A stretch of DNA of 63,228 bases, the filler included, from Octopus bimaculoides (lineage: Eukaryota): NCBI RefSeq assembly GCF_001194135.2. It is 3 parts of 3 records of this genome, joined end to end, with 100 filler letters (N's around TTAATTAATTAA, not from the genome) between each part and the next. Parts side by side here need not be neighbours in the genome. Positions count along the whole stretch, not along the records: positions 46,166 to 63,228 come from NC_068984.1; 2 more parts are not named here. One strand, 5' to 3'. Made by a program: the position numbers and the translations under genes. The stretch's first letter is position 1. Every line of letters begins with the position of its first letter. This document shows positions 51,741 through 63,228 of this stretch, in pieces. Below the pieces are notes generated by a model. The model was not told the origin of the DNA and ran no database searches. It saw only the letters and a program-made list of their open reading frames with translations.

Positions 51741-52112
51741 CAATCTTTCAGGATGATAATGCACCAAATCACACTGCTAAAGTTGTTACTGAATGGCACA
51801 AGGAACATTCTCATGAAGTTGAACATCTTATCTGGCCACCACAGTCCCTAGATCTCAATATTATTGAACATTTATGGTACATTTTAGAAAAACAGGTAAG
51901 GAGTCAATATCTTCCACCATCATCACTACAAGAACTGAAGATCATTTTAGCTGAAGAATGGACAAAAATTCCTTTGGAAACAATTCAAACTTTGTACGAG
52001 TCCATAACTCGTAGAATTCAAGCTGTAATTGCTGCCAAAGGTGGTCCTACCCCATATTAAAATAAATTTGCTTGAAATTTTAAGGTGTTTCCATTATTTT
52101 GTCCAACCCCTG
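51741..52112 (+). mobile_element. 3' fragment of the same Tc1-like family
   Basis: Open IFQDDNAPNH...SLDLNIIEH...KGGPTPY*; right TIR ends CCAACCCCTG followed by TA. Confidence 0.95.
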
Positions 52113-52239
52113 TATATATTTACTTGATCAGAAGTGACCTGGGGCTAAACGACAACTTTGAGGCAGTGTTCTATGAAAATAAGACAAGATGTTCATTGGT
52201 GGATTGCCTTTAACCAAACCATGCATCTGCTTGGTCAGA

Positions 52240-52305
52240 ACTTACCTGGAGTTAAACAATGACAATGTTAAAGGAAAGGAGAATGATTGGAGAAAATGGT
52301 TAGTA
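52240..52305. other. Overlapping splice-signal cassette (- strand TACTAAC/PPT/CAG|GTAAGT or + strand 60-nt exon)
   Basis: Motifs read directly; function unknown. Confidence 0.35.
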
Positions 52306-53104
52306 AGGGGCTTGGGTGTAAAGACACGTTAGGGGTGATGAGGGGACAGCAAATGAGAGTTTTGGGTGTGCTTGGGTTCGGGTACTATGCAATTAGTTCA
52401 AAAGGTAAAAACAGTTGTGGTAAGAAAAGAATCGTTTGGAAGGAACATAGATGTGTGAATGTTAAAGAAATGTTGAAATACAATTGAGTTAATATTGTAT
52501 ATATCAGTTGACATTTTAACACTGAATAAATATTGAATCAACACGTTAAATCAATATTGTTTAATGAATCATTTTCAAATAGAGATTTATGTTGAAATCT
52601 GACACCGGATCAACACAATTATTTGTGAACTTGACAACAGCATTCAAACATAATTGATTTAATATTGAATTTTTTTTAATTACAAAGTCAGAGCTTTTTC
52701 TTAGCTTTAATATTTAGCTTGACTATAAAATAAACAAACTGTTTTCTACTACACAAGATCTTTATTTTCAGTCAGGTTCAGGTAGTAATGATTCTTTTCA
52801 TTTTAGAAATGTTATCCGCTCTCTGGCAAATTTCCTGTAACACCTTGTTCTCTTTTATTCTTTAAGGCAATTTATATTATATTTGTGCAAAGAATGGGAA
52901 TGAGTGAAAAAAAAAAAATTGGGGTAAAAATCTTTAAAAGTAAATGATATAAGAATGAGAAATCCTTCAATAGATTTTTGTCATGTAGCTTTCTTACCTA
53001 TTGGATAAGAGGTACTTATATGAAAACCTAATCTCTGGATTAAAATCAAAATGTATCATTAATAATCCCTTCTACTAAAGGCACATGGTTTGAAATTTGT
53101 ATCA

Positions 53105-53225
53105 CTGGTACTTAATTTATCAACCCCGAAAGGATGAAAAGCAAAGTCAACCTTGGAGGAATTTGAACTCAGAATGTAAAAACAGACGAAATGCCACTAA
53201 GCATTTTGCTCGGCATGCTAACAAT
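53105..53225 (-). mobile_element. SINE S2 copy
   Basis: Homology to 57025-57259. Confidence 0.75.
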
Positions 53226-53519
53226 TCTGCCAGCTCTCCACCTTAAACCTATCATTAATGAAATAACAGGTGTGACAAAGGTACCTGTTTGACTGACTAA
53301 TTGACAAATTTGAATGGTGCTGATGATCCTAAGATCAAATGTTGATGGTTAGATAGTAGTCAGTTGATCCAGTAGGCAGGGCCTCATATCAGTGAGGGGT
53401 GGGGCAGTGTGTTGTAAAACCATTGAGACGAAGGTCCCAGAACAGAGTGCATTCACTCCTGATGACCCCTAAAATCCACTGGTATCTGGTATGCAGAGAT
53501 TTCAATTGACAGCACTTGT

Positions 53520-53664
53520 CAGACATGGGCAAACTAGCCCCATGGAACTTTTTGAATGGGTATGCCTAAATGAAAAATTATCAGGAATTTTTTTATTAAT
53601 GTGGCCCACATGATGATGATCCACGTTTCATGTGGCCCACTTGTAAAAGCTTGCCCATATCTTG
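53520..53664. mobile_element. hAT (Charlie-like) MITE
   Basis: CAGACATGGGCAAACT ... AGCTTGCCCATATCTTG termini with internal GTGGCCC motifs; no clean 8-bp TSD. Confidence 0.5.
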
Positions 53665-53852
53665 TCTACTTTGTGCTTTGACTTGCTAGAAATTACAACC
53701 AAATTCCTCTTGAAATACACCATATTGCATTAAGATTAAGAGAGGACACGCTGAATAATGTAGTCCAAGGTACATTATGCCAGAAAAATCCAAACTAGTA
53801 TGTTTTGTAATTCCTTTGATTGTAGGTCTTATTCAATCTGGGCTGACTTGAA

Positions 53853-53883
<31 letters not shown>

Positions 53884-54344
53884 GCAGCAGCAGCAGCAGC
53901 AATGACAAAGTGTTGTTAATTCTGTTTGACTCTACCGTTTGTCTGAGGAAAACGTATTTTTCCTATTTGTCATAATATTCTGAACGAATCTGAAGTTTCT
54001 TTTTATATGTAATTCAATTGGAATTACTTTGAATAATGTTTTCATGTAGTTTGTTTGTTCTCATGGTACAGAATGCATTCTTTTATATTCCTTAATTAAT
54101 TTAAGTCATTGAACTGTGGTCAGGTTGGGGCAATGTCTTCAAGGGTTTTAGATGATTTTTATCAATTTATTAATTTATCTGGTACCCTATTTATTGAGCT
54201 TGTTAGAATATAAAGTGGGCTTTGACATAAGTGAAGAATATTTGGTTGGATATAAATACTTACTGCAGGGTAATGCTGTTTAAATGTATCCTTTGGTCAC
54301 CCTATTATGATAAAAGTATAAAAAAAGGATAAAGCCCTTTTCCA

Positions 54345-54950
54345 AGTCACATAGACTCATAGGGCTGGTTTCCTAGTTTTACTGGATGGGACGTCAGTCT
54401 ATCACATAGTTACTCACTTTTACCAGCTGAGTGGACTGGAGCAATGAGAATTGAAGTGCTTTGCATAAAAATACAATGCATTGCCCAGCCCAGGAATCGA
54501 AACCACAACCTTATGATCATGAGTCCAACACCCTAACCACTAAGGCATGCACACACAACTGTGTTGTAAGAAGTTTGTTTCCCAACCACATGGTTTTGGG
54601 TTTAGTCCCACTGCACAGAACCTTGGGCAAGTGTCTTCTACTATAACATCAGGTTGACCAATGCTTTGTGAATGAATTCAGTTGATGGAAACTACATGGA
54701 AGCCCATCACAGATATATATATAGTTATATATGCAGGTGTGTGTTTGTGTTTGAGTTTGTCTCCTACCACTCCTTGACAACCATTATTGGTTTGTTTGCA
54801 TCCCCCATGACATAGCATTTGACAAAAGAAACCAACACAATAAGTGCTAGGCCTAAAAATAAGTACTAGGGTTGACTTGTTTGACTTAAAACCATTCAAA
54901 GTGGTGCTCCAGCATGGTCACAGTCCAATGAGTGAAACAAGTGAAAGATA
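54345..54950. mobile_element. SINE S3 (-, to ~54550) head-to-head with SINE S1 (+, from ~54557)
   Basis: Homology to each family. Confidence 0.75.
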
Positions 54951-57024
54951 AAAAAAACCAACAAAATATTAAAAAGTAATTTGGATTTACCAAATATATA
55001 AATCAATGTATCTATGTACATTGTGTACTGGATATCAAGGAATTGGTACCAGGTTTCCTAGAAAAATCAATGAGGAAAGAGACTTATCTCTTACCAACAT
55101 TACAGGAACCTAGAGATAAGGATTGGTCCTCTGAAGTCGTATTAGACTACAGCTGACCCATGGACTATGTAAAATGCTGTTTAAAATCTATTTTCGTTTG
55201 CTTCACTTCATAGCAACAAAACAATTAATAGAATGTGTCATTAATTTGATCTTCCTCTTTTTGTTTGATCAGTGGATTAAAGACAATCCTTAATCATACA
55301 GCTCAGATCAAATTTTTATTATCATCATCATCATCATCATAAACATCATTATCACCACCACTGTCACCAAAGCCCACCATTACCACCCTCACTACTACAA
55401 CCATCGCCACCATCATCTAAACCACCACTTCCATTACCACCACTACCACAGCCACCGCCGCCGCCACAGCACAAGCAGGAACAGCAGCAGTGGTAGTGGC
55501 TCCCTCTTATAGGTCATGAAGAGTAGTTATTCAACCCTGGGCCAACTCTGATCAAGCTGACCCATGATGGAAGGCATTGAGATCATGGCCATTACTTCTT
55601 TCCAGTTTATATAAAACTACATTTGGTAATGTATCCTCCCTTCATTCAAATTAGCAAAGTATAATATGAGGGAATTCTGTTTCTATTTCTAGCATTTCAA
55701 ACAGACCACATCAAGGTTTTCTTCTCTTGTTATTGTCGGGTGATATGGTAGCAAGGTGGTCTGTCTATAGATAAGATAGTGCTATGATACATTACATAAC
55801 TGTGTGGTTATGTGGTGGTGGTGGTGNNNNNNNNNNNNNNNNNNNNNNNNNNNNNNNNNNNNNNNNNNNNNNNNNNNNNNNNNNNNNNNNNNNNNNNNNN
55901 NNNNNNNNNNNNNNNNNNNNNNNNNNNNNNNNNNNNNNNNNNNNNNNNNNNNNNNNNNNNNNNNNNNNNNNNNNNNNNNNNNNNNNNNNNNNNNNNNNNN
56001 NNNNNNNNNNNNNNNNNNNNNNNNNNNNNNNNNNNNNNNNNNNNNNNGTGGTGGTGGTGGTGGTGGTGGCGGTGGTGGTGATGGGATGAAGTGTTAATAA
56101 TTGTGAAGATAGTGATAGTGGTGGGGGTGGGAGTGGGAGTGAGGTAATGGTGGAGGGGTTCTGGTGGTGATGATGGTAGTGGTGGTGGTGGTGTAGCTAA
56201 AAGTTCAATGTAAACTTTAACATATGAACTATGGTCAAAAAGTAGGATGATAGGCTTCAATTAAAAATCTATGTTAATTTCTAATATTATTAACATATTT
56301 TAACCAGAAATAATCATCCAGCAGGGAAAAACAATGTTAACCATTGATTAATGTTACTTTTCATTTTTCCAACAAGCACTAGAGACAACTCTGATTATGT
56401 TTCAGCTTTATTCTGATTTCATTAGCAAAGTAATTACTTTCAGTTATAATTGTCAAAATGATGGTGAAGTAGAATATGTGTAAAGTATTTAGGCACTGAT
56501 TAAGTGTAGCAATTTAGTTAGTGACTGTTAGTTTAAACTCATGGTGAAGTAATTCACGAACAGAGAAGTGTTGGAACCTGGGCGAGTTGCTTGCTGAGCT
56601 GTGTACGTAGAGAGATGATGTTGATGACATTAAGAAGATGATGGTGGCGACGAAGATGGAGGTTGCCGTAATGCTGTTGGACGAAGTTTGTAAGTCTCAA
56701 TGTGGCCGCTGTGGTGTTGTCACTGGAACTGACTGTGTCTACGTGGTCAGTAGCTTGACCTTAAAAAGTCAGGAACCAAAGATGTATTGAGGAAAAAGCT
56801 GGATTTTTATAGAAAGTAGTAGGCTTGAAATAGGGTTTGAAAAGGTTGTTCATGTGATGCTATCTAAAGTCTCTGACTGGTTATCCATGGTCAGTTGGCA
56901 CAACAGAGTAGAAGGCAAACTGCACCAACACCAACCAACCAGAGCAGTGGACACAATGGGATACAAACAACAGTCAAAGGCCAGTTGGTCCCTGCTACAT
57001 CCGAATGCACGTATATATAGATTC

Positions 57025-57259
57025 GTATTTCTTTATTGCCCACAAGGGGCTAAACATAGAGGGGACAAACAAGGACAGACAAAGGGATTAAGTCGATTAC
57101 ATTGACCCCAGTGCGTAACTGGTACTTAATTTATCGACCCCGAAAGGATGAAAGGCAAAGTCGACCTCGGTGGAATTTGAACTCAGAACGTAACGGCAGA
57201 CGAAATACCGCTAAGCATTTTGCCCGGCGTGCTAACGATTCTGCCAGCTCGCTGCCTTA
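57025..57259 (-). mobile_element. Young full-length SINE S2 with 17-bp TSD
   Basis: CACGTA(T/C)ATATAGATTC at 57008-24 and 57260-76. Confidence 0.95.
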
Positions 57260-57684
57260 CACGTACATATAGATTCTATGCTACAAAAGGTTCAGTTTGA
57301 AATTCCAAGAATGATATCTACCATAACAGACTTTTGAAGTAGGTCCCTTGGAGTACAACAACTTAAATTTTGAGACTGTGATGCCCAAGATGAGGACAAT
57401 AGTTTTAATTTAACAATGCATGTTAAAACTCCTTTAGTAAATGTACATGATAGTACGTTAGTTAGCATAGGACACACGTCTCTCTGAATTAATTATGGGT
57501 GATAATTATGTAATTATATAAATGATGGTGTTTATATTCTACTGAAACAGCTGTTAAACACAATTAAATTATGAATTATATGAGAGATCTGTGATTTTTG
57601 TTTTTGTTTTATTCTAAATACACTACTCTTGTAGATCATTTAGTAAATTCTGCTTGTGTACTTCAAGTTTATTCTACCAGGATT

Positions 57685-58020
57685 TACTACAATCCCACTG
57701 TGTGGCACCTTCTACTATAAGACTTGTGAGTGGATTTAGTGGATGGAAGTTGAAAGAGACCCGTCATATATATATATATGTATATATATTTAAAGGTGTC
57801 TTTTTTTCCTGTGTTTATCTCCAACCACTGCTTGACAACTGGTGTTGTGTGCTTATGTCCTCATAACCTAGCGGTTCAGCAAAAGAGGCCAATAGAATAA
57901 GTGCCAAGCTTTAAAAAAATAATAAATACTGGAATTGATTCATTTGACTAAAAATGTTTCAAGATGGTGCCCCAGCATGACCACAGTCTAATTACAGAAA
58001 CCAGTAAAAAGTAAAAGATT
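57685..58020 (+). mobile_element. SINE S1 copy
   Basis: Homology to S1. Confidence 0.8.
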
Positions 58021-58105
58021 GTGAGAATGTATTGATGTTTAATGATGTGTTATCATTTGAGCTCTTAAATATGGTGAATATATTTTATGAAAATATTGAT
58101 ACTTA

Positions 58106-58455
58106 TGAACAACTGAGCCAGTTTTTGTACCTGACAAAACAGAACGACACATGCATCTTATGATCTGGTAACATTATCTGCAGCCCAGAACAAAATGTTT
58201 ATTTAAACAAGTCTAGCTGGAGAATTTTCTCCCAAGACAATTCCTGCAGTATTAGGCCTTATCACAGCCAATAAGTATTTATACTTAGAAGTCTTTGAAC
58301 AACTGAGTTAGTTTTTGTTGCTAATGAAGCAGAACAACACAGAAATGCATGAAATTTCCCAAAGCCCAAAACAAAATTTGTATTTACACAAGTCTGGGTG
58401 GAAATTTTCTCCCTAGATTATTCTTGCAGTGTTTGGTCTTATCAGAACTGATTAC
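58106..58455. repeat. Diverged tandem duplication, ~190-bp period
   Basis: TGAACAACTGAG at 58106 and 58296; shared CAAGTCT, AATTTTCTCCC, TGCAGT, CTTATCA blocks. Confidence 0.75.
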
Positions 58456-58734
58456 AGTCAAACATTGGTGTTAAACATGAATTTACACGTATATATTTTA
58501 TGATATTTATACATCCTTTTACAATATAAATATTAAATCCTTACAATAGTAGGAGGAGAAGATTGAGCTACAATACTGTTGGTTTCTATCTCTGATGTAT
58601 GTGTGTACTGGTGGAATTAGCTGCAACAAATTCAAAACATTATTGGTATATTTTTCTTTTTTGATTCTAGAGAATAAAAGACAGTCAACCCTCATAGGAT
58701 TTGAACCCAGGATTTGAACTCATAGGATTATCAC

Positions 58735-58940
58735 CATCATCATTTAACATCTGTTTTCTCATGCTGGCATGAGTTGGATGGTTCAACAGGAACCAACATG
58801 CCAGAGAGCTGTGTCAAACTCCAATGTCTACTTTGGCATGGTTTCTATAGCAGAATACCCTTCCTAATGTCCACCACTTTACAGTGTACTGATGGCTTTA
58901 TTCATGGCATCAGTACTAATGAGATCGCCAATTACTTGCA
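58735..58940 (+). repeat. Interspersed repeat family R5 (begins CATCATCATTTAAC)
   Basis: Related copies at 62586-62900 (+), 59560-59712, 61620-61835 and 49500-49680 (-). Confidence 0.7.
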
Positions 58941-59139
58941 AGACAAAACCTCTCAACCTAATTGAGTATAGCATTGAAGTAGGTGTGAGTCTGACATGTG
59001 TAAGTGACCATTTCAAAGGATTTTGTCTGCTCACAACGCTTTCTGCAAACCCTGCTGTTTTTTGCAAGTACATTAAATATCACATCGGAAATGAAATGTA
59101 TCTGTCATTTATGACAACATAACAGCAACAAGTCTCAAA

Positions 59140-59275
59140 TCAAGTCATAGAGGAAAAAGATCCCATCATCTTTTAATGGAATGTGGACAAATTTCTTGAA
59201 GGGATATCAGATAAGCCACCTATATCTGGATACAACTCACTCAACAAGAACTCCCTACTTGAATGGGCCATGATA
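59140..59275 (+). mobile_element. CR1/L2-group LINE 3' end fragment
   Basis: VDKFLEGISDKPPISGYNSLNKNSLLEW resembles the LD.FL...PD.P...GY...NSL C-terminus. Confidence 0.55.
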
Positions 59276-59720
59276 CCAAAAATACTTGACTTAAAAAAGG
59301 ATTTAGAAAATCCTATCAGGTGGTGTTATTAAGTTTGACATGGCCTGGACCAATCTTTGGTTGAAACCTATCTAAATTATATCTAAGGTATTGTTAGCTG
59401 TTGCTGGGAATGGCAAAGCACTCAATGCAAAATTTCATGATAGAAATGACATCGCTTGAAATTGAGTTGCAGCCGTTGTGTATTGGGATGGAATGTGATG
59501 TCAGTTTGTGTTATAATACATTTGTTATATAATACAAAGCATGACATCCAACAAGAAGCACATGTGAGTAGCACAACAATTGCTTTGTAACACGATAAGA
59601 CTTGTGTAAGATAAGAAATTATTGCAAGACAAGGCTCGTCAGATCCTGTCAAACCATCCAATCCATGCCAGCATAAAAGACGGCTGTTAAATGATTGCGA
59701 TGATGATGATGATATATATA

Positions 59721-59757
<37 letters not shown>

Positions 59758-60295
59758 NNNNNNNNNNNNNNNNNNNNNNNNNNNNNNNNNNNNNNNNNNN
59801 NNNNNNNNNNNNNNNNNNNNNNNNNNNNNNNNNNNNNNNNNNNNNNNNNNNNNNNNNNNNNNNNNNNNNNNNNNNNNNNNNNNNNNNNNNNNNNNNNNNN
59901 NNNNNNNNNNNNNNNNNNNNNNNNNNNNNNNNNNNNNNNNNNNNNNNNNNNNNNNNNNNNNNNNNNNNNNNNNNNNNNNNNNNNNNNNNNNNNNNNNNNN
60001 NNNNNNNNNNNNNNNNNNNNNNNNNNNNNNNNNNNNNNNNNNNNNNNNNNNNNNNNNNNNNNNNNNNNNNNNNNNNNNNNNNNNNNNNNNNNNNNNNNNN
60101 NNNNNNNNNNNNNNNNNNNNNNNNNNNNNNNNNNNNNNNNNNNNNNNNNNNNNNNNNNNNNNNNNNNNNNNNNNNNNNNNNNNNNNNNNNNNNNNNNNNN
60201 NNNNNNNNNNNNNNNNNNNNNNNNNNNNNNNNNNNNNNNNNNNNNNNNNNNNNNNNNNNNNNNNNNNNNNNNNNNNNNNNNNNNNNNNNNNNNNN

Positions 60296-60349
<54 letters not shown>

Positions 60350-60791
60350 CGTGTGTGTAGGTGTGCAATAGCTAAATAGCTAAAAAATTTGCTTCATAAT
60401 CACAAGGACTCAGTTTCAATTTCACAGCATGGCATCTTGGGCAAGTGTCAATTATCTATAATTCCAGTTCATCCTTCCCTTGTGAGAGAAATTGGGGTGA
60501 CAGAAGCTGTGTAGAAGCCCATCAGATAAATTGTATCTGTAATTTAATACTGCCTCCATACTGACATGTGTCTGTGGAATACTCAGCCACTTACATGCCA
60601 ATTCAATAAGCCAGTTGATCAAATAGCTGTACACTTATGATCGGAACCTTGACTGAGATCCACTGGTTTTTGTGTTCAGTTTAACTGCATGGCATCTGCT
60701 CCCATCTTTCCCAACAAACTTGAATTTGAACAACAATGGCATTAATTTTACCATTTTCTTCAGTCAAAATAACATAATATTAATGATTTCT

Positions 60792-61209
60792 GAAAGGCGG
60801 GGAGCTGGCAGAAACGTTAGCATGCCGGGCGAAATGCTTAGTGGTTACATTCTGAGTTCAAATTCCGCCGAGGTCGACTTTTCCTTTCATCCTTTCAGGG
60901 GTCAATAAATTAAGTACCAGTTACGCACTGGGGTCGATGTAATCGACTTAATCCGTTTGTCTGTCCTTGTTTGTCCCCTCTATGTTTAGCCCCTTGTGGG
61001 CAATAAAGAAATAAGAAACGTTAGCAAACCAGGGTAAATGCTTAGCAGTATTTCATCTGTCTTAACATTCTGAGTTCAAATTCCGCTGAGGTTGACTTTG
61101 CTTTCATCCTTTCGGGGCCGATAATAATTTATTATTTGCATACTGGGGTCGATCTAATTGACTGGCCCCCTGCCCCAAAATTTCAGGCCTTGTGCCTAGT
61201 GTAGAAAAG
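60792..61209 (+). mobile_element. SINE S2 dimer bracketed by a 16-bp TSD
   Basis: AATATTAATGATTTCT at 60776-91 and 61210-25. Confidence 0.9.
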
Positions 61210-61302
61210 AATATTAATGATTTCTAAACAAGGCATAAAACTATAAAGTATGGAAGAGCAAAGGTACATTCAATGAAATTGATCTTGATATTTGAAAAAG
61301 AT

Positions 61303-61480
61303 GCAGGAGTAGCTGTGTGGTAAGTAGCTTGCTTACCAGCCCCATGGTTCCGGGTTCAGTCCCATTGCATGGCACCTTGGATAAGTGTCTTCAACTATAG
61401 TGTCGGGCCAACCAAAGTCTTGTGAGCAGATTAGATAGAGGAAAACTGAAAGAAGCCTGTCATGTGTGTGTGTGTTTAGT
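61303..61480 (+). mobile_element. SINE S1 5' half
   Basis: GCAGGAGTAGCTGTGTGGTAAG...GGGTTCAGTCCC. Confidence 0.85.
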
Positions 61481-62538
61481 GTTTGTTTTCTAATGGGAAA
61501 TACAATTATACATCAAGAATTTCACTAACTAAAAAAAATTAATAAAAGTCTTTGAGATACAGGTTTTGCTATAAATTTTTGTCTTTTTATTCAGGAAGGA
61601 AGTCTTTACCCATGACCTTTTACAAGGATTTTGATACTGGGAGAGAGAGTGGCAGGAAGGCACCCTTACACTAGGGACCTACTCCTCTCTAAAGCGGTTG
61701 GCATTAGGAAAAGCACCTAGCCATAGAAACCATCCCAAAACAGACAATTGGAACTTGGGCAGCTCTCTTGCTTACCAGCTTCTGTCAAGCTGTCCAACTC
61801 ATGCCAGCAAGGAAAACAGATGTTAAATGATGATTTTGTACTTGGAACTTCATACAGACTTTTGTTCTTCCATCAACACCAACCAAACAAGTCTTCTGTT
61901 GCAGTTCTTTCTTTCAACCATATCATATTCCATGTTACATCAACCCTATAAAGACAAAAGCAAAGTCGATCTTGGCAGGATTTGAACTCAGACCACAGAG
62001 AATCAGAATAAATATAACAAAGCACTTTATTTCAATGCTCTAACAACTCTGGATGTTCACCAGACAAAAAATAGAAAACAAAAAGTAACAAACTTGTGCC
62101 ATTTATTACTTGGTCGTTAATACTGTACTTCTTCATATTTGTGATCAATAATAAATGACTGGCTGTCATATTTCTAATCCATTTATAAATAATGTTGTTT
62201 CACTGTAAGGGTGTTGAATAATTGCCTGACTTTTATTATGTCAATAACCGCCCATCTTGTAGACAATGATGTGGTCTGACATAGGAGAACAAATCACCCA
62301 TGACTGAAGGGAAACAAAGGAATATGTGTTACATGATATGTGATATGCAATTGTAAACGAGCATGCAGGTGCATGCACGTATGTATATAAGTGTATACAT
62401 GTATGTGTCATTGTGCATTTACATTAATTTCTGTGTGCATGTGTGTATGTAGGTGTGTGGGCATATGCATGTATGCTTTTATGTGTATGTACATCTTTAG
62501 TGCATTAGTCATCATGGTCAAAGCCATGCTGGACTTAA

Positions 62539-62588
<50 letters not shown>

Positions 62589-63228
62589 TCATCATTGTTG
62601 TCAGTTGATGTTCGCTTTCCATGCTGGGATCGGTCGGATGGTTTGACTGAGGACTGGCAAGTCAGGAGGCTGCAGCAGGCTCCAATCTGATCTGGCAAGG
62701 CTTCTAAAGCTGGATGCCCTTCTTAATGCCTACCACTCACAGAGTGTAGTAGGTGCTTTTTACATGCCACCAAGATGGGTGCCACTTGGGCAGCACTGGC
62801 ATTAGCCATGCTTGCATGGTACTTTTTATACGCTACTGGCATGGGTGCCAGTCAGGCGGCACTGGCTTCGGCCACACTTGAATGGTGCTTACTTAGCCAT
62901 ATAATATTATAACTCATACATAACCTTATCATTTCGCATTGATTCCCTGACGATGAATATATGTGCAATTCCAGCACCTCTTATTTCTTTGGAGTAGAGT
63001 GCACATATATTTTGAAACATATGGAGGAATTAAAGGAACTTTTGTTTATATGCGTTTTGCTCCATTTATTAAAATTATTCATATCTACTCAAAATGCATC
63101 ACTTTAACTTGGTATTTATACCTATAAAATGGGTGTGATATCCTGGGGCTTTTTTGTGTGATTTTTGCTACCCATGGTAACTATTAACATATTTACATTG
63201 TCAAGGTTTTTTTAAACTGAGATAATAT

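Noticed and set aside
55808-56260. His/Gly/Pro-rich ORFs suggesting structural proteins
   Set aside because: Translations of (CAC)n/(GGT)n microsatellites plus N gap; no splice or start context
56560-56765. GC-richer island with splice-like signals on both strands
   Set aside because: Frames interrupted by stops, low-complexity composition, strand undecidable

Overview
AT-rich, intron-like eukaryotic DNA from a gapped short-read assembly: about 6 kb of N in ~21 gaps, nearly all flanked by microsatellites. The SINE families and (CA)n/(TA)n/(GATA)n density point to an octopod cephalopod, probably Octopus (inference). No complete, recognisable gene, RNA gene or CRISPR array is present. The window is dominated by transposon relics: a full-length decayed Tc1-like element with DD36E spacing plus a second 3' fragment, a deleted mariner, Gypsy RT/integrase, Penelope GIY-YIG, RTE and CR1-like LINE 3' ends, LTR-like pieces, MITEs and many tRNA-derived SINEs. 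A run of phase-compatible candidate + strand exons (19.6-31.1 kb) may belong to an unidentified gene. Best leads: (1) a 488-bp LTR-like insertion with a 5-bp TSD and three CLEAR/E-box repeats, whose removal restores a 77-codon candidate exon; (2) a ~1.47-kb fold-back palindrome with a TSD-flanked insert in one arm; (3) an RTE tail with three C2H2 fingers; (4) a TSD-bracketed SINE dimer whose junction recurs; (5) a site readable as a - strand recursive splice point or a + strand 60-nt exon. Repeat boundaries are approximate and all family names come from motif recognition, not database search.
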